A DNA stretch of 64,000 nucleotides, from the NCBI GenBank assembly GCA_963708295.1, contig CAVPSJ010000004.1, positions 1,088,001-1,152,000 of the forward strand, in the 5' to 3' direction. The notes under the pieces were generated by a model. It was given only the letters and a program-made list of their open reading frames with translations, did not search any database and had not been told where the DNA came from. Below, piece by piece: positions 48,180 through 58,559 of this stretch (position 1 is its first letter; every line of letters begins with the position of its first letter). The DNA comes from an uncultured delta proteobacterium. Its GTDB lineage: Bacteria; Desulfobacterota; BSN033; UBA1163. A program made the position numbers and the translations under genes.

Positions 48180-49499
48180 TTAGCCCGATTGCGGATAAGT
48201 TTTGGGAATCCTCTGAGCCTCTTTCCTTTTTCCAGGTACGGCTCTGATCTTCCTGGGGGCTGCCCACCAGATGCTCAGGCAGGAAAAAGAAGCACCCACC
48301 ATCAAAATGAAAAAAACAGGCACATAGCTTCCTAGGGTATCATACAGAAAACCCGCAAACCATGCTCCGAAGGCCCCTCCCATGGCGACGAGCATCATGA
48401 GCCATCCAAAAATTCCGCCATAGGCTCTTCCTTCAAAAAGGTCGGCCGTGATAAGAGGAGGAAGGGCTGCGGTCGAAGCGTATCCCATCCCGAAAAAGAC
48501 GGGGAAAAAGTACGTCAAAACAGGCGAGGGGAAGGCATCGAATAGGATCAGAGTGGTCAGTCCAAGCAGGTAACAGGCAGCGCCCATCGTATAAGTCATC
48601 TCTCTTCCAATCCTGTCCGAGACGGTTCCCCAGAGAATTTTACTTCCGAGACTGACCATTCCAACAATGCCGACAATATAGGAAGCGAAAAGGGCCTCCA
48701 GCCCATGATCTACAAAGAAAGCCACCTGATGTGCAAATACCGATTGGGTCACAAGACTGCTTAAAAGGGAGGAAAGGGCGAGGAGCCAGAATTGCCTCGT
48801 GGTGAGAGCCTCTCGTACGGTCCAGGACCGTGAAGCCCATTCTTGATTGACCATCAAAGAGTTTTTCACAAAGGTCGGCTGACTTCCGATTCCAGTGTGA
48901 GTGAAAACCTTTCGGGGAGGTCTCTTCAAGAAGACAATGGCCATCGAAATAACCACCAGAGGAATAGAAACAGCCATGACTCGATAAGCCATCCGCCATC
49001 CTGTCCGCGTAATGAGGTATTGGATCAAGGGAACGCAGACCAGAATTCCGATTCCTATTCCGGAAGAGATAATCCCCATGGGCAATCCCTTCTTCTCCTT
49101 GAACCACTGCTGCACCAGGACGACATTGGGAACCCACCCCGCAGTCCCTAACCCTAAGGCCGTCACGACACTGAAGAAGATATAGAAGTGCCACGCGGTC
49201 TGCGTGGTGCTGCACAGGGCGAGCCCCGCCCCCAAAAGGATCGATCCTAAGATGATTATCTTTCGGGGACCGGCAGAGTAAACGAGGTTTCCTATGTAGG
49301 GGCCAATCGTACCGCTGACGATGATGAAAACGGAAAAGGCCCCTGCACCCATTGACCGACTCCAGCCGAATTCCTCCAAGAGGGCGACGAAAAAGACAGA
49401 AAAGGAATACCAGACTCCGTAGACAAGGCCCAGGGTTACGAAACTGAACCCCACAGCGAACCAGGCAGAGTGTGAAGACATGTTCTCCCTCATGGACAC
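48180..49499 (-). CDS. MFS transporter
   Basis: About 12 TM; FGWSR, WFKEKKGL, GTVSDRIGR. Confidence 0.92.
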   Translation of the reverse strand: MSMRENMSSHSAWFAVGFSFVTLGLVYGVWYSFSVFFVALLEEFGWSRSMGAGAFSVFIIVSGTIGPYIGNLVYSAGPRKIIILGSILLGAGLALCSTTQTAWHFYIFFSVVTALGLGTAGWVPNVVLVQQWFKEKKGLPMGIISSGIGIGILVCVPLIQYLITRTGWRMAYRVMAVSIPLVVISMAIVFLKRPPRKVFTHTGIGSQPTFVKNSLMVNQEWASRSWTVREALTTRQFWLLALSSLLSSLVTQSVFAHQVAFFVDHGLEALFASYIVGIVGMVSLGSKILWGTVSDRIGREMTYTMGAACYLLGLTTLILFDAFPSPVLTYFFPVFFGMGYASTAALPPLITADLFEGRAYGGIFGWLMMLVAMGGAFGAWFAGFLYDTLGSYVPVFFILMVGASFSCLSIWWAAPRKIRAVPGKRKEAQRIPKTYPQSG

Positions 49500-49912
49500 T
49501 TCTCTTTCTTAAGAAATTATAGGGGGGAAAGCAAGCTAAAAGTCAGGTTGAGAATTGGACCTGACTCCAATATTTGCTTATCGGGAAAGGGCTGTGGCCG
49601 TGGGTGCGAGGATCATTCTGGAAAAGAGTTGAACGAAGATTTGGAAAAAGAGGGGTTCGGTAAGCATTCAAAGGTTTTTGCCGGAAAATAACCCTTGCAG
49701 GATGGGAAAGAACGTCCCAAGAAAGCTCGTCCTGATGTTAATGGCTTATATCATAGAGAAATAGGGTAATTGACCGGGGAAAGGCTCATGAAAAATGGAG
49801 ACAAATGGAGTAAAATGCAGATAAACACGTGAAAAATTTTCTTTACAGGAAAATTGCTTTGTGCTAGTTTAAAATCGTGGCGGGAAGGGGACTCAACGCG
49901 GGAGGATCCGCC

Positions 49913-50089
49913 ATGGAAACAAAAGAGGGAGATACGGTGAGAAGCATTTTAAATGGCGTCGAGTATAAGGTTAAGAAAATCGTAGAGAAGATGGCCGTTC
50001 TTGAATCGCAAGACGGGAAAAGTAAAATTGTCACAGAGGTTGATACCCTGAAACTATTCTACCGGGATAAGGAGGACGTTAAGGCATGA
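49913..50089 (+). CDS. Small hypothetical protein
   Basis: GGAGG RBS; METKEGDTVRSILNGVEYKVKKIV. Confidence 0.55.
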   Translation: METKEGDTVRSILNGVEYKVKKIVEKMAVLESQDGKSKIVTEVDTLKLFYRDKEDVKA

Positions 50090-50194
50090 CAACAAGACAT
50101 GATCAATCCCCTTCCCGCCACATCTTTTGCTTGCCCTGCATCGTCCCTCAGGCTTTATCCTCCAGTCGTTCTTCGATCCCGTGCTTTGTATCCT

Positions 50195-50580
50195 CTATCC
50201 GGAGAGGCTATTCAAGAAAATTCTTAGTTTTTCCATGTCCCCCGGTGAGATCTCAACAAACTTCACTCCGGTCCGATAATCTCCCCAGTTCCTCCCAGAT
50301 GAATATCCACCCAAACCACCCGGACCAGTGTTTCGACGGTATTAAATTCAGTCCCGAAAGAAAAAAATAATTTCAACGACAGATACTGGCCAACCTCCAT
50401 TTTTTCCGGCAGGTAGACGAGCAACCCCCCTTCACTGACATTGATGGCCTCACCATGGGTGACAACCTAATTACTTTGAGCATATTCAACTGGTAAATCC
50501 ACATTGAAGCGGGGATGTTTCCTCTTTTCAAAATTGACAGTTCCGTAACGGGGTTTGGTTCCTTCTTCCTCTTTTTTCAC
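50195..50580 (-). pseudogene. PilZ-domain protein with in-frame TAG (50467-50469) and a frameshift near 50292; absent from the ORF track
   Basis: Manual translation: EKRKHPRFNVDLPVEY..N*VVTHGEAINVSEGGLLVYL...VRVVWV.../WGDYRTGVKFVEI; RxxxR and NxSxGG motifs; GGAGGGAG RBS. Confidence 0.8.
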
Positions 50581-50925
50581 ATCATCTCCCTCCTGGTAAA
50601 TTATTTTTCAAAAGTCCCCCTAACGAATCCACAAAAGAATGTTGAATAGTTGTGGAATCGGATTCTCTTCCGCTTGAAGGGAGCGGTCTCCACCATTTTG
50701 CTCAAAAAGTAGGCACAGATAAGTTCTTAAATAGATTTATAAATATTAAATACTTGAAGATGCATTCCCAACGGAAAACCGTTATGGGGACCATAAGCCT
50801 TTCCCCAAAATATAATATGACCGCGGCGACAACACTTTAAGGAAACCCCCGCGTATATCCAATTCATTTTATTGAAAGTCCGGCTTTTCGCCTCCAGGTC
50901 TTTTTATCGTCCCGGACGTTCTAGG

Positions 50926-50942
50926 AGCAAAGGTCATACCAA
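50926..50942 (-). promoter_or_regulatory. sigma54 -24/-12 promoter oriented toward the PilZ gene
   Basis: TTGGTATGACCTTTGCT (GG-N10-GC). Confidence 0.65.
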
Positions 50943-51029
50943 AACGAATGAATAAGAAAATGTATTTGTTAACTTTTTGTAGTTACAGCGTTTCTCCAGG
51001 CTGACGGGGGATGGGAACCCACTGTCAAA

Positions 51030-51142
51030 AGAGTGCAACGAAAGTTGACATCGTATTCGAACTATTCAAATAAGCTATTTAAATTCATCAATTAGCTCTC
51101 CAAACGAAAAAGTTGACAGTGCAAAAAAAGTTGCACCCTTTT
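51030..51142 (-). repeat. Dispersed repeat, copy D (extended)
   Basis: Reverse complement aaaagggtgcaactttttttgcactgtcaacttt...ctaatt...aatag...atgtcaactttcgttgc; aligns with copy B over ~105 bp. Confidence 0.7.
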
Positions 51143-51254
51143 ATGCGCGAGAAAACTTCTGAAGCCCCTTAATCTGCCTCTTGGGGACCTTGCGTGAAGG
51201 GTAGAATGTGATATATTAAGAAGTTGAATAAAACAGGAGAAAGGAACCGCCTCC

Positions 51255-52991
51255 ATGGCCCAACCTCAGTTGTCACCTCCATCGGATTTTATAAGAGAAA
51301 TCATTGATGAACACCTGCGGACCGACAGGTTTCAGGGACGTGTCGCCACCCGATTTCCGCCCGAACCGAACGGATATCTCCATATCGGACATGCCAAGTC
51401 CGTCTGCCTCAATTTCGGGATCGCCGCGCAGTACGGCGGGACCTGCAATTTACGGATGGATGATACGGACCCGAGCCGGTGAATCCCTCGAGTATGTCGA
51501 ATCGATCATCAACGATGTCCACTGGCTGGGGTTCGATTGGGAAGATCGTCTATTTTACGCCTCTGACTATTTTGAGCAGCTCTATCAGTTTGCCCTTCAG
51601 CTGATCAAGACCGGCAAGGCCTATGTCTGCAGTTTAAGCGCGGACGAAATCAGGGAATACCGGGGCACCTTAACCGAGCCGGGGAAAGAGAGCCCTTACC
51701 GCAACCGCTCCGTGGAAGAGAACCTGGACCTGTTCGCCCGGATGCGGGCCGGCGAATTCGAGGACGGGGCTCATGTCCTTCGGGCGAAGATCGATATGGC
51801 CTCCCCGAACATCCTCATGCGGGATCCGGTCATCTACCGCATCAAGCGAGCGACTCATTACCGGACGGGAGACGAAGTGGTGCATCTATCCGATGTACGA
51901 CTTTGCCCATTGCCTTTCGGATTCCATCGAAAAGATCACCCATTCGATCTGCACCCTGGAGTTTGAAAACAACCGGCCCCTCTATGATTGGATTCTGGAT
52001 CAGTTGAAGCTGGAATCCCACCCTCAGCAGATCGAATTTGCCCGTCTCAATCTCAGCTATACGATCTTAAGCAAGCGGAGACTGATCGAACTGGTGGAAC
52101 AAGGAGCTGGTGAGCGGGATGGGACGATCCCGCGCATGCCCACCATCGCGGGGATGCGAAGGCGAGGCTATACCCCGGAGGCGATCCGGAACTTTCTGCG
52201 AAAGGATCGGGGTCGCCAAGAATGAAAATCTTGTTGATATGCTCCTTGCTCGAGCATTGCGTCCGTGAGGATTTGAACGAAAGGGCGCCGCGCGTCATGG
52301 CCGTTTTGCGGCCCCTTCGGGTGGTCATCGACAACTATCCCGAAGACACAGGTGGAGGAGTTCGAATGCCCCAACCATCCCCAGAATCCCGGCATGGGAT
52401 CACGGAGGGTCCCTTTCTCCAGAGTGCTCTACATCGAGCAGGAGGATTTTCTGGAAAATCCTCCAAAGAAGTTCTTCAGGCTGGCTCCCGGCAAAGAAGT
52501 GCGTCTCCGGTTTGGATACTTCATTAAATGTGTGAACGTGGTGAAAGATCCGAAGACAGGAAAAGTGACCGAAGTTCACTGCACGTATGATCCCGAGACG
52601 CGAAGCGGATTTGCTCCCGACGGCCGGAAGGTCGATGCCACCCTCCACTGGGTATCGGCCGGTCATTCGCTTCCTGCCGAGGTACGATTGTACGATCGCT
52701 TCTTTCACATTTCTGATCCCACCGGCGACGGGGATGATTTTACGAAACACTTGAATCCGAGATCTCTGGAAATTCTTACCTCATGCCGTGTGGAGCCCGG
52801 CCTTGCGGGCGCGGCGTCCGGGAAACAGATACCAATTCGAAAGACTCGGCTACTTCTGTACGGATATCAAGGACTCGTCCGCTAGAAAGCTTGTCTTCAA
52901 CCGGATTGTCACCCTTCGGGATGCCTGGGCTAAGATTTCGGAGAAAGAGAAGAGAGTGAAGGACCCCGCCTTCGGAGGAATCAATGACTGA
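51255..52991 (+). CDS. glnS: Glutaminyl-tRNA synthetase, several frameshifts (probable sequencing errors)
   Basis: [59 protein letters not shown] across consecutive frames. Confidence 0.95.
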
Positions 52992-53977
52992 AGAGATTTT
53001 GCCCAACCTGTACAGAATCGAAATTCCTCTTCCCCGGAGTCCCTTGAAAGCCCTCAACTCCTACGTCATCCGGGATACGGAACGAAATTTGATCATCGAT
53101 ACGGGATGGAATCAGGACGAGTGCCTGACCGCCATGCGGGCGGGTCTGAAGGAACTCGGCGTGGATGCGAGAAGAACGGACTTTTTTATTACTCATCTCC
53201 ATGCGGACCATTTTGGCCTGCTCTCGCAACTCGTCACGGAGACCTCAAAGATCTATTTCAACCAGCCAGATGCCGATCGGTTTAGAGAAGGGTTCCAGCC
53301 GGATCGATTTTGCTCGCTTCGCCCGTCTGAACGGTTATCCCGAGAATGAGCTTCAGGAAAGCCTGGATAGCCATCCGGCCTTTAAATTCAGGCTCAAAGA
53401 GGACCTGGTCTTTCATATCCTGAAAGAAGGGGATATCCTTGCCGTCGGAGATTATCGGTTCAGATGTATTGAAACCCCCGGCCATACTTCCGGACATATG
53501 TGCCTTTACGAACCCCGCCGGAAGACCCTCGTGGCGGGAGACCATATTCTTAACGACATCACTCCCAACATCCAGTTGTGGTCTGATGACAGGAACCCTC
53601 TGGAGGAGTATTTTGCAAGTTTGGACAAGGTCAGCGAGCTCGACATTGAGCTTGTATTGCCCGGCCATCGGAGCATTTTCACGAACTGCAAAGAGAGAAT
53701 TCAGGAATTGAAGCATCACCATCAGAAGAGGCTTGATGAAATTATTTCCATTTTGGAAAAAGGCGACAAGGATGCTTTCCAGGTAGCCTCGGAGATGAGC
53801 TGGGATATTCTTTGCGACTCCTGGGATCTCTTTCCTGTTTCCCAAAAATGGTTTGCCACGGGGGAGGCGATCGCTCACCTAAAATATCTTAAGGAAAAGG
53901 GAATCATAAGAAGCGAAATGCGGAAGCAGAGGATTGTTTTTTCTCTGAACGGAGATCATGCAATGTATCTCGAATGA
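52984..53977 (+). CDS. Metallo-beta-lactamase-fold hydrolase, frameshift near 53290
   Basis: [29 protein letters not shown]. Confidence 0.88.
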
Positions 53978-54269
53978 GGGAGCTCCGGACAGCTGCTCAG
54001 CCCGGTGGCGAATCGCCTGTGATCCCACGACCGCTGGCGAGCGTGATGCGAGCAGAGGGAAATTTCATTGAATGTGATACGGTAGTTAAATCCCGCCTTC
54101 AAGAGGCTCGCTGGGGCAGCCGGAGCGACTGCCGGTCCTCCACGCACAATTCGATACGAGGAGGAAAAGTTAAGATTGGACGATTAGGCAATGAAGAAGC
54201 GAATTCGTTTACGTGTTCAATGATAACTTGGTGCATTGCTAACTTTTCATGAGTGGAGCTGCGGTAAGG

Positions 54270-54545
54270 TCAGGTTGTTATCAAAACATCTTTCGCAAAA
54301 GATTTCCGGATCCTGGCCTTTTTGAGGGGACTTTCCTGAAAGGAAAAATAATCAGCAGCGTTTTTATTGGGTTTGGATTTTGACTTCTCTTTATAAAGAT
54401 TTTCGAGTCTTGTTTCCTGCCGTTCGGTTAACATTTGTTTTTGATCGAAGTCCCCCGATGCAGTTCTGATAAATTCGTCTTCATTCTTGGTTAATTTATA
54501 CTGGCTCAATCCCGAGATGACCCATTCAAGCCTTTCTTTATTCAT
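54270..54545 (-). CDS. Hypothetical protein
   Basis: AGGAG RBS; last gene of the RRM cluster. Confidence 0.6.
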   Translation of the reverse strand: MNKERLEWVISGLSQYKLTKNEDEFIRTASGDFDQKQMLTERQETRLENLYKEKSKSKPNKNAADYFSFQESPLKKARIRKSFAKDVLITT

Positions 54546-54589
54546 AATGACTCCTTTCCATCCTGATGACTGTCTTTAAGTTCTTATGG

Positions 54590-54856
54590 CTATCTCCCGC
54601 GGAAGCCGCGCTTGACGATCGCCTCTTTGACCAGCAAGTTTTTCCCCATGAAATCCGTTCGGTTCAGCATAGAGACAGCTCTCCGGGCTTCCCATTGTGT
54701 TGACATCTCAACGAATGCAATCCCTCGCGGTTGGCCAGTCTGCCTGTCCGCTACAATCTTGACAGACATGACGTCTCCAGCCTTGGAGAACAGCACTTTG
54801 AGTTCAGGCTCGCTGGCCTGGAAGGGGAGGTTGGCTATGTAAACCTTTTTATTCAT
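54590..54856 (-). CDS. RRM RNA-binding protein
   Basis: RNP2 VYIANL, RNP1 RGIAFVEM. Confidence 0.93.
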   Translation of the reverse strand: MNKKVYIANLPFQASEPELKVLFSKAGDVMSVKIVADRQTGQPRGIAFVEMSTQWEARRAVSMLNRTDFMGKNLLVKEAIVKRGFRGR

Positions 54857-54878
54857 ATCGTTCGCTCCTCAGAAATCT

Positions 54879-55046
54879 TTATTTACCGAAACACTCGGTA
54901 CACAGCAGTTTTTTGTCATCCGGTGGGGGAACGGGGGTAACCACTTCCTTTCCGCAACCCGAACACAGAACCTTGTAGGATTTTGGATGCCTCAAATGGC
55001 TCGGTTTTGAAGCATGGAACCTGCCGTGTCTTCTTCGCTGTATCAT
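54879..55046 (-). CDS. 55-aa CxxC-x17-CxxC zinc-ribbon protein (below the ORF-track cutoff)
   Basis: MIQRRRHGRFHASKPSHLRHPKSYKVLCSGCGKEVVTPVPPPDDKKLLCTECFGK; GAGG RBS. Confidence 0.8.
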   Translation of the reverse strand: MIQRRRHGRFHASKPSHLRHPKSYKVLCSGCGKEVVTPVPPPDDKKLLCTECFGK

Positions 55047-55076
55047 TGGTTCAACCTCTTTTCTGCGGAATCCGAA

Positions 55077-55379
55077 TTAATAACGGTTCCCGCGACCGCT
55101 ATAATCCATTCGTCCACCCCCGGTCCTTCCCTGATCGGCACGGGGCCGGGCCTCATTCACACTGATCTCTTTGCCCAGGAGGTCCTTCCCGTTAAGGCTC
55201 TTTATGGCCGTTTGAGCCTGAGACTGCGTGGGCATCTCCACAAAACCAAAACCCCGGGACTGGCCATTGTACTTGTCTTTGATCACTCTCGCCGAAGTTA
55301 CCTCGCCGAAGGATTCAAAAGCCTCCCGAATCGTTATATCGGTTGCCTCATAGGATAAGTTTCCCACATAAATATTCAA
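55077..55379 (-). CDS. RRM RNA-binding protein with Gly/Arg tail
   Basis: IYVGNL, RGFGFVEM, VNEARPR; TTG start. Confidence 0.93.
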   Translation of the reverse strand: MNIYVGNLSYEATDITIREAFESFGEVTSARVIKDKYNGQSRGFGFVEMPTQSQAQTAIKSLNGKDLLGKEISVNEARPRADQGRTGGGRMDYSGRGNRY

Positions 55380-55405
55380 TTCTTCATTCTCCTTTTCTTG
55401 AGACT

Positions 55406-55449
55406 ACCCCGTTAGAAACCCTGATGCTTTCAGCAGGGTTTATTACGGG
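55406..55449. repeat. REP-like palindrome ACCCCGTTAGAAA...TTACGGG; related copy at 61030-61078
   Basis: ccccgttagaaaccctg...cagggtttattacggg. Confidence 0.55.
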
Positions 55450-55659
55450 ATCAGACGGAATAATTCTTGTTCCAGTCACGTGAAAAATTGTCATGAGTCC
55501 ACGTTTTCCATTTCGAAGAGACAATTTCGTGGCGGACGATGATCTCCTTTTCTTTTTCCCTTCCGCCTTCAACTTTGATTTCTTTCACGCCCCCCTTTCC
55601 TTGCTCCTTGTCCAATGTAATTAGCATCTTAACCTCCGTCTCGGCTTTTGTGTTGACAC

Positions 55660-55700
55660 AAAAAAGCCCGCAAAGAAGTCGTTTAGAGTTCTTGCGGGCA
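55660..55700 (-). terminator. Terminator-like hairpin in the leader of the RRM cluster
   Basis: GCCCGCAAGAA-ctctaaacgac-TTCTTTGCGGGC-TTTTTT on the minus strand. Confidence 0.7.
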
Positions 55701-55879
55701 TAAGCTATAAGCCTAAAAGGCTCTGTGCAACTTGGATTTGGTTAAATTATAACCTAATTTATGTTTAAGAGCAAGAAAATATGTCCGATCGATCTCTTTC
55801 GCCTTGATAAAGGAATTCCAGCAGAAATTCTTTTCCAGATGGAGTTGCCGGAAAAGATGATATATTTTAAAGATTCTCT

Positions 55880-57373
55880 ATGGAATATTTGAGTACAAGA
55901 GGCTCTCCGCTCGCCATACCCTCGAAAAAGGCCATGATCAAAGGCATTGCCGAAGATAATGGGCTCTACGTCCCTTTCCATTTTCCGCAGCTGGGTGACG
56001 GAGTTTTAAAGGGTTTCGAGCAGGAGTCCTATGTTTCGAGGGCGACGAAGATCCTCCGCGCCTTTCTCACTGACTTTCATCCGGATGAACTGGCTGCTGC
56101 ATGCGATAAAGCCTACCCTGACAATTTTGGTACGCCTGCGGTGGCCCCTGTTCAATTCCTTGGAGATGACGTTGGGGTCTTGGAGCTCTGGCATGGCCCG
56201 ACGTTAGCCTTTAAAGACATGGCCCTTCAGCTGATGCCCTGGTTGCTCAAGACGGCCATTCTGTCTGAAAAAGACCCGTATCACATGGTGATTCTGGTCG
56301 CTACTTCCGGGGATACCGGAAAGGCCGCCCTAGAAGGGTTTGCGGATGTCGAAGGAGTCTCTATTTTTGTCTTTTACCCCCACGAAGGGATCAGTGAGAT
56401 TCAGCGCCTTCAAATGGTCACCCAGCGAGGATCGAATGTCGGAGTCTGCGGGGTACGAGGCAATTTCGATGATGCTCAGTCAGGGGTTAAACAGATCTTT
56501 TCCGAACCGGAGATCAATGCCAGACTTGAACGGTCTCATTTTCGGTTTTCGTCAGCCAATTCGATCAATTGGGGGCGACTCGCTCCGCAGATCGTCTATT
56601 ACTTTTCGGCTTACGAAGATATGATCGCTGCAAAAAAGATCAAGCGCGGGCAGCCGATTCATATCTGCGTTCCCACTGGAAATTTCGGAAATATTCTCGC
56701 CGCCTACTATGCCTTTAGGTGCGGGCTGCCCGTTTCGAAGTTGATCTGTGCTTCCAATATCAACAAGGTCCTTGCGGATTTCATTCGCTCCGGGATTTAT
56801 GACAGAAGAAGGGAATTCTACAAGACCGAATCTCCTTCGATGGACATCTTGATCTCCTCGAATCTGGAGAGATTGCTTTTCGAACTGGCGGATCGAAAGG
56901 CCGGATCGATCCTGGATTGGATGAATCAATTGGCAACCCAGGGATGGTATCAAATCTCACACGACGCGTTAGAGCAGCTTCAGTCGCTCTTTTACGGTGG
57001 CTTTGCTGACCGCTTGGATACGTCGAAATCAATCAAAGAGGCCTTTGAAAAGTACGGGTACCTCATGGACCCCCATTCAGCAGTAGGCTACAGTGTCTTG
57101 CAAAAGTTTAGGGAGGAAACCGGAGATAAGACCCCCACCGTCCTCGCATCCACAGCAAGCCCCTTTAAATTCAATCGTGCCGTGCTCGAGGCGATCGGGA
57201 GGAATACCTCCGATAAAGACGAGTTTTCCCTTCTTCAAGAGCTCTCCTCGATTATCGGACATGCCGTGCCGGCAAAATTGGCTGAGCTGAAGTTTCTCCC
57301 GGAGATCCATCAAGGGGTGTGTGAAAAGGAAGGGATGGTGAAGGTTATCCTTGAATTCTTGGGTATTGATTGA
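55880..57373 (+). CDS. thrC: Threonine synthase
   Basis: YLSTRG, ELWHGPTLAFKDMAL, ATSGDTG, NSINWGR, VPTGNFGN, SSNLER. Confidence 0.96.
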   Translation: MEYLSTRGSPLAIPSKKAMIKGIAEDNGLYVPFHFPQLGDGVLKGFEQESYVSRATKILRAFLTDFHPDELAAACDKAYPDNFGTPAVAPVQFLGDDVGVLELWHGPTLAFKDMALQLMPWLLKTAILSEKDPYHMVILVATSGDTGKAALEGFADVEGVSIFVFYPHEGISEIQRLQMVTQRGSNVGVCGVRGNFDDAQSGVKQIFSEPEINARLERSHFRFSSANSINWGRLAPQIVYYFSAYEDMIAAKKIKRGQPIHICVPTGNFGNILAAYYAFRCGLPVSKLICASNINKVLADFIRSGIYDRRREFYKTESPSMDILISSNLERLLFELADRKAGSILDWMNQLATQGWYQISHDALEQLQSLFYGGFADRLDTSKSIKEAFEKYGYLMDPHSAVGYSVLQKFREETGDKTPTVLASTASPFKFNRAVLEAIGRNTSDKDEFSLLQELSSIIGHAVPAKLAELKFLPEIHQGVCEKEGMVKVILEFLGID

Positions 57374-57547
57374 GACATCGGACTTGAGAATGACTAACAA
57401 TAAATCTATTCGGTAGGCAGCGATTCTGCGAATTGGGGGAGAATCAGGTGGCATGAGGGGAGAAAGGAAGAAAAGAAGAAGGGGTGGGGTTGGAGGGGTT
57501 TGAGATGCGGTTGCTGGATCATGAAGAAAAAATGGGGTGTCCGTCCT

Positions 57548-58483
57548 TCACGGATTTTCTTCCAGATAGGGAATCATGAATTGCTGCAGGTCATTCGCTA
57601 TTTCCGCATTTCCAAAACGTTTTTTCGCGGCATCAACGAACTTTTCCATATCCTCTTCCGTGTAACGTGGGCTGATGTGGACGAGCACTGCGTGCCGCGC
57701 GCCCGCTCTGGCAGCCACTCGTGCTGCATCATCGGCCGTCATGTGTCCTTTTGCCTCGGCTTCCTCGTGATGCTCGGGTAAGAACATCCCGTCGAGGAAG
57801 GCCAAATCCACATCCTGGCACAGTCGATAAAGAATTTTGTTGGGCCGTGTATCAACGGCGTAGCAAATCTTCCGTCCTGGCCTTGGGGGCCCGAGCACAA
57901 GGCTGGGAGATAGGGTCTCTCCCCGGTCAGTGGTAACGGCTTCCCCGCGCTGTAATTTTCCCCACAGCGGACCATAGGGTATCCCCAAAGCCTTGGCTGC
58001 GTCTGGTTTGAACTTTCCCGGACGGGGATGTTCTTCAAGTCGATACCCAAGGCATAGGGTGGTATGTTTTAAGGGCCCCCATAGGATGCGGATCAGGTCG
58101 TCTTCATAAGCTACCTCCGGACATCCTTCATTCCATTCAACAAAAAACAGGGGGTAATTAAGAAAAAAAGCGAGAGATTCGTGAACCTGCCGGATGAAAC
58201 GTTCGATCCCGGGCGGCCCGAGGATCGTGAGTGGACCCACTTCCGGCACCTGAGCACGCATCATCAGAAGTCCCGGCAGCCCGAGGCAGTGATCTCCATG
58301 AAGGTGACTGACGGCCACAACCCGGAGAGACTTGATCCCGAGCTTTGCCTTCTTCAAATTGATCTGGCACCCTTCGCCGGCATCGAAGAGGTAAAGCTGC
58401 CCTTGAAGCCTTACCACTACGGAGGTAAGGAACCGTCCGGGCATGGGCATCATGCCCCCTGATCCAAGAAGCACACACTCCAT
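57548..58483 (-). CDS. rnz: Ribonuclease Z
   Basis: LFDAGEG, SHLHGDHCLG, exosite PGKF...GP.WGKL, DTRP, GHMT, VHISPRY. Confidence 0.93.
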   Translation of the reverse strand: MECVLLGSGGMMPMPGRFLTSVVVRLQGQLYLFDAGEGCQINLKKAKLGIKSLRVVAVSHLHGDHCLGLPGLLMMRAQVPEVGPLTILGPPGIERFIRQVHESLAFFLNYPLFFVEWNEGCPEVAYEDDLIRILWGPLKHTTLCLGYRLEEHPRPGKFKPDAAKALGIPYGPLWGKLQRGEAVTTDRGETLSPSLVLGPPRPGRKICYAVDTRPNKILYRLCQDVDLAFLDGMFLPEHHEEAEAKGHMTADDAARVAARAGARHAVLVHISPRYTEEDMEKFVDAAKKRFGNAEIANDLQQFMIPYLEENP

Positions 58484-58559
58484 GTTTGTGTCTATTTCGT
58501 CACTGGCAAAGAGTGACCAAAATCAAAGCTTCAAATTTAATGAGGTTCACAAAATCCAC

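Noticed and set aside
48021-48335. 104-aa ORF MISRLLKNAHLRRCPHP..
   Set aside because: Translation of the MITE plus antisense MFS sequence
2358-50469. Two in-frame TAGs (MNT, PilZ) as evidence of amber recoding or pyrrolysine
   Set aside because: TAG is a normal stop in other genes here (e.g. 2102, 23389), no pyl genes are present, and the PilZ gene also has a frameshift
51480-51482. TGA early in glnS as possible selenocysteine
   Set aside because: The protein continues in a different frame (..[10 protein letters not shown]), so this is an indel, and the position is not a Cys site
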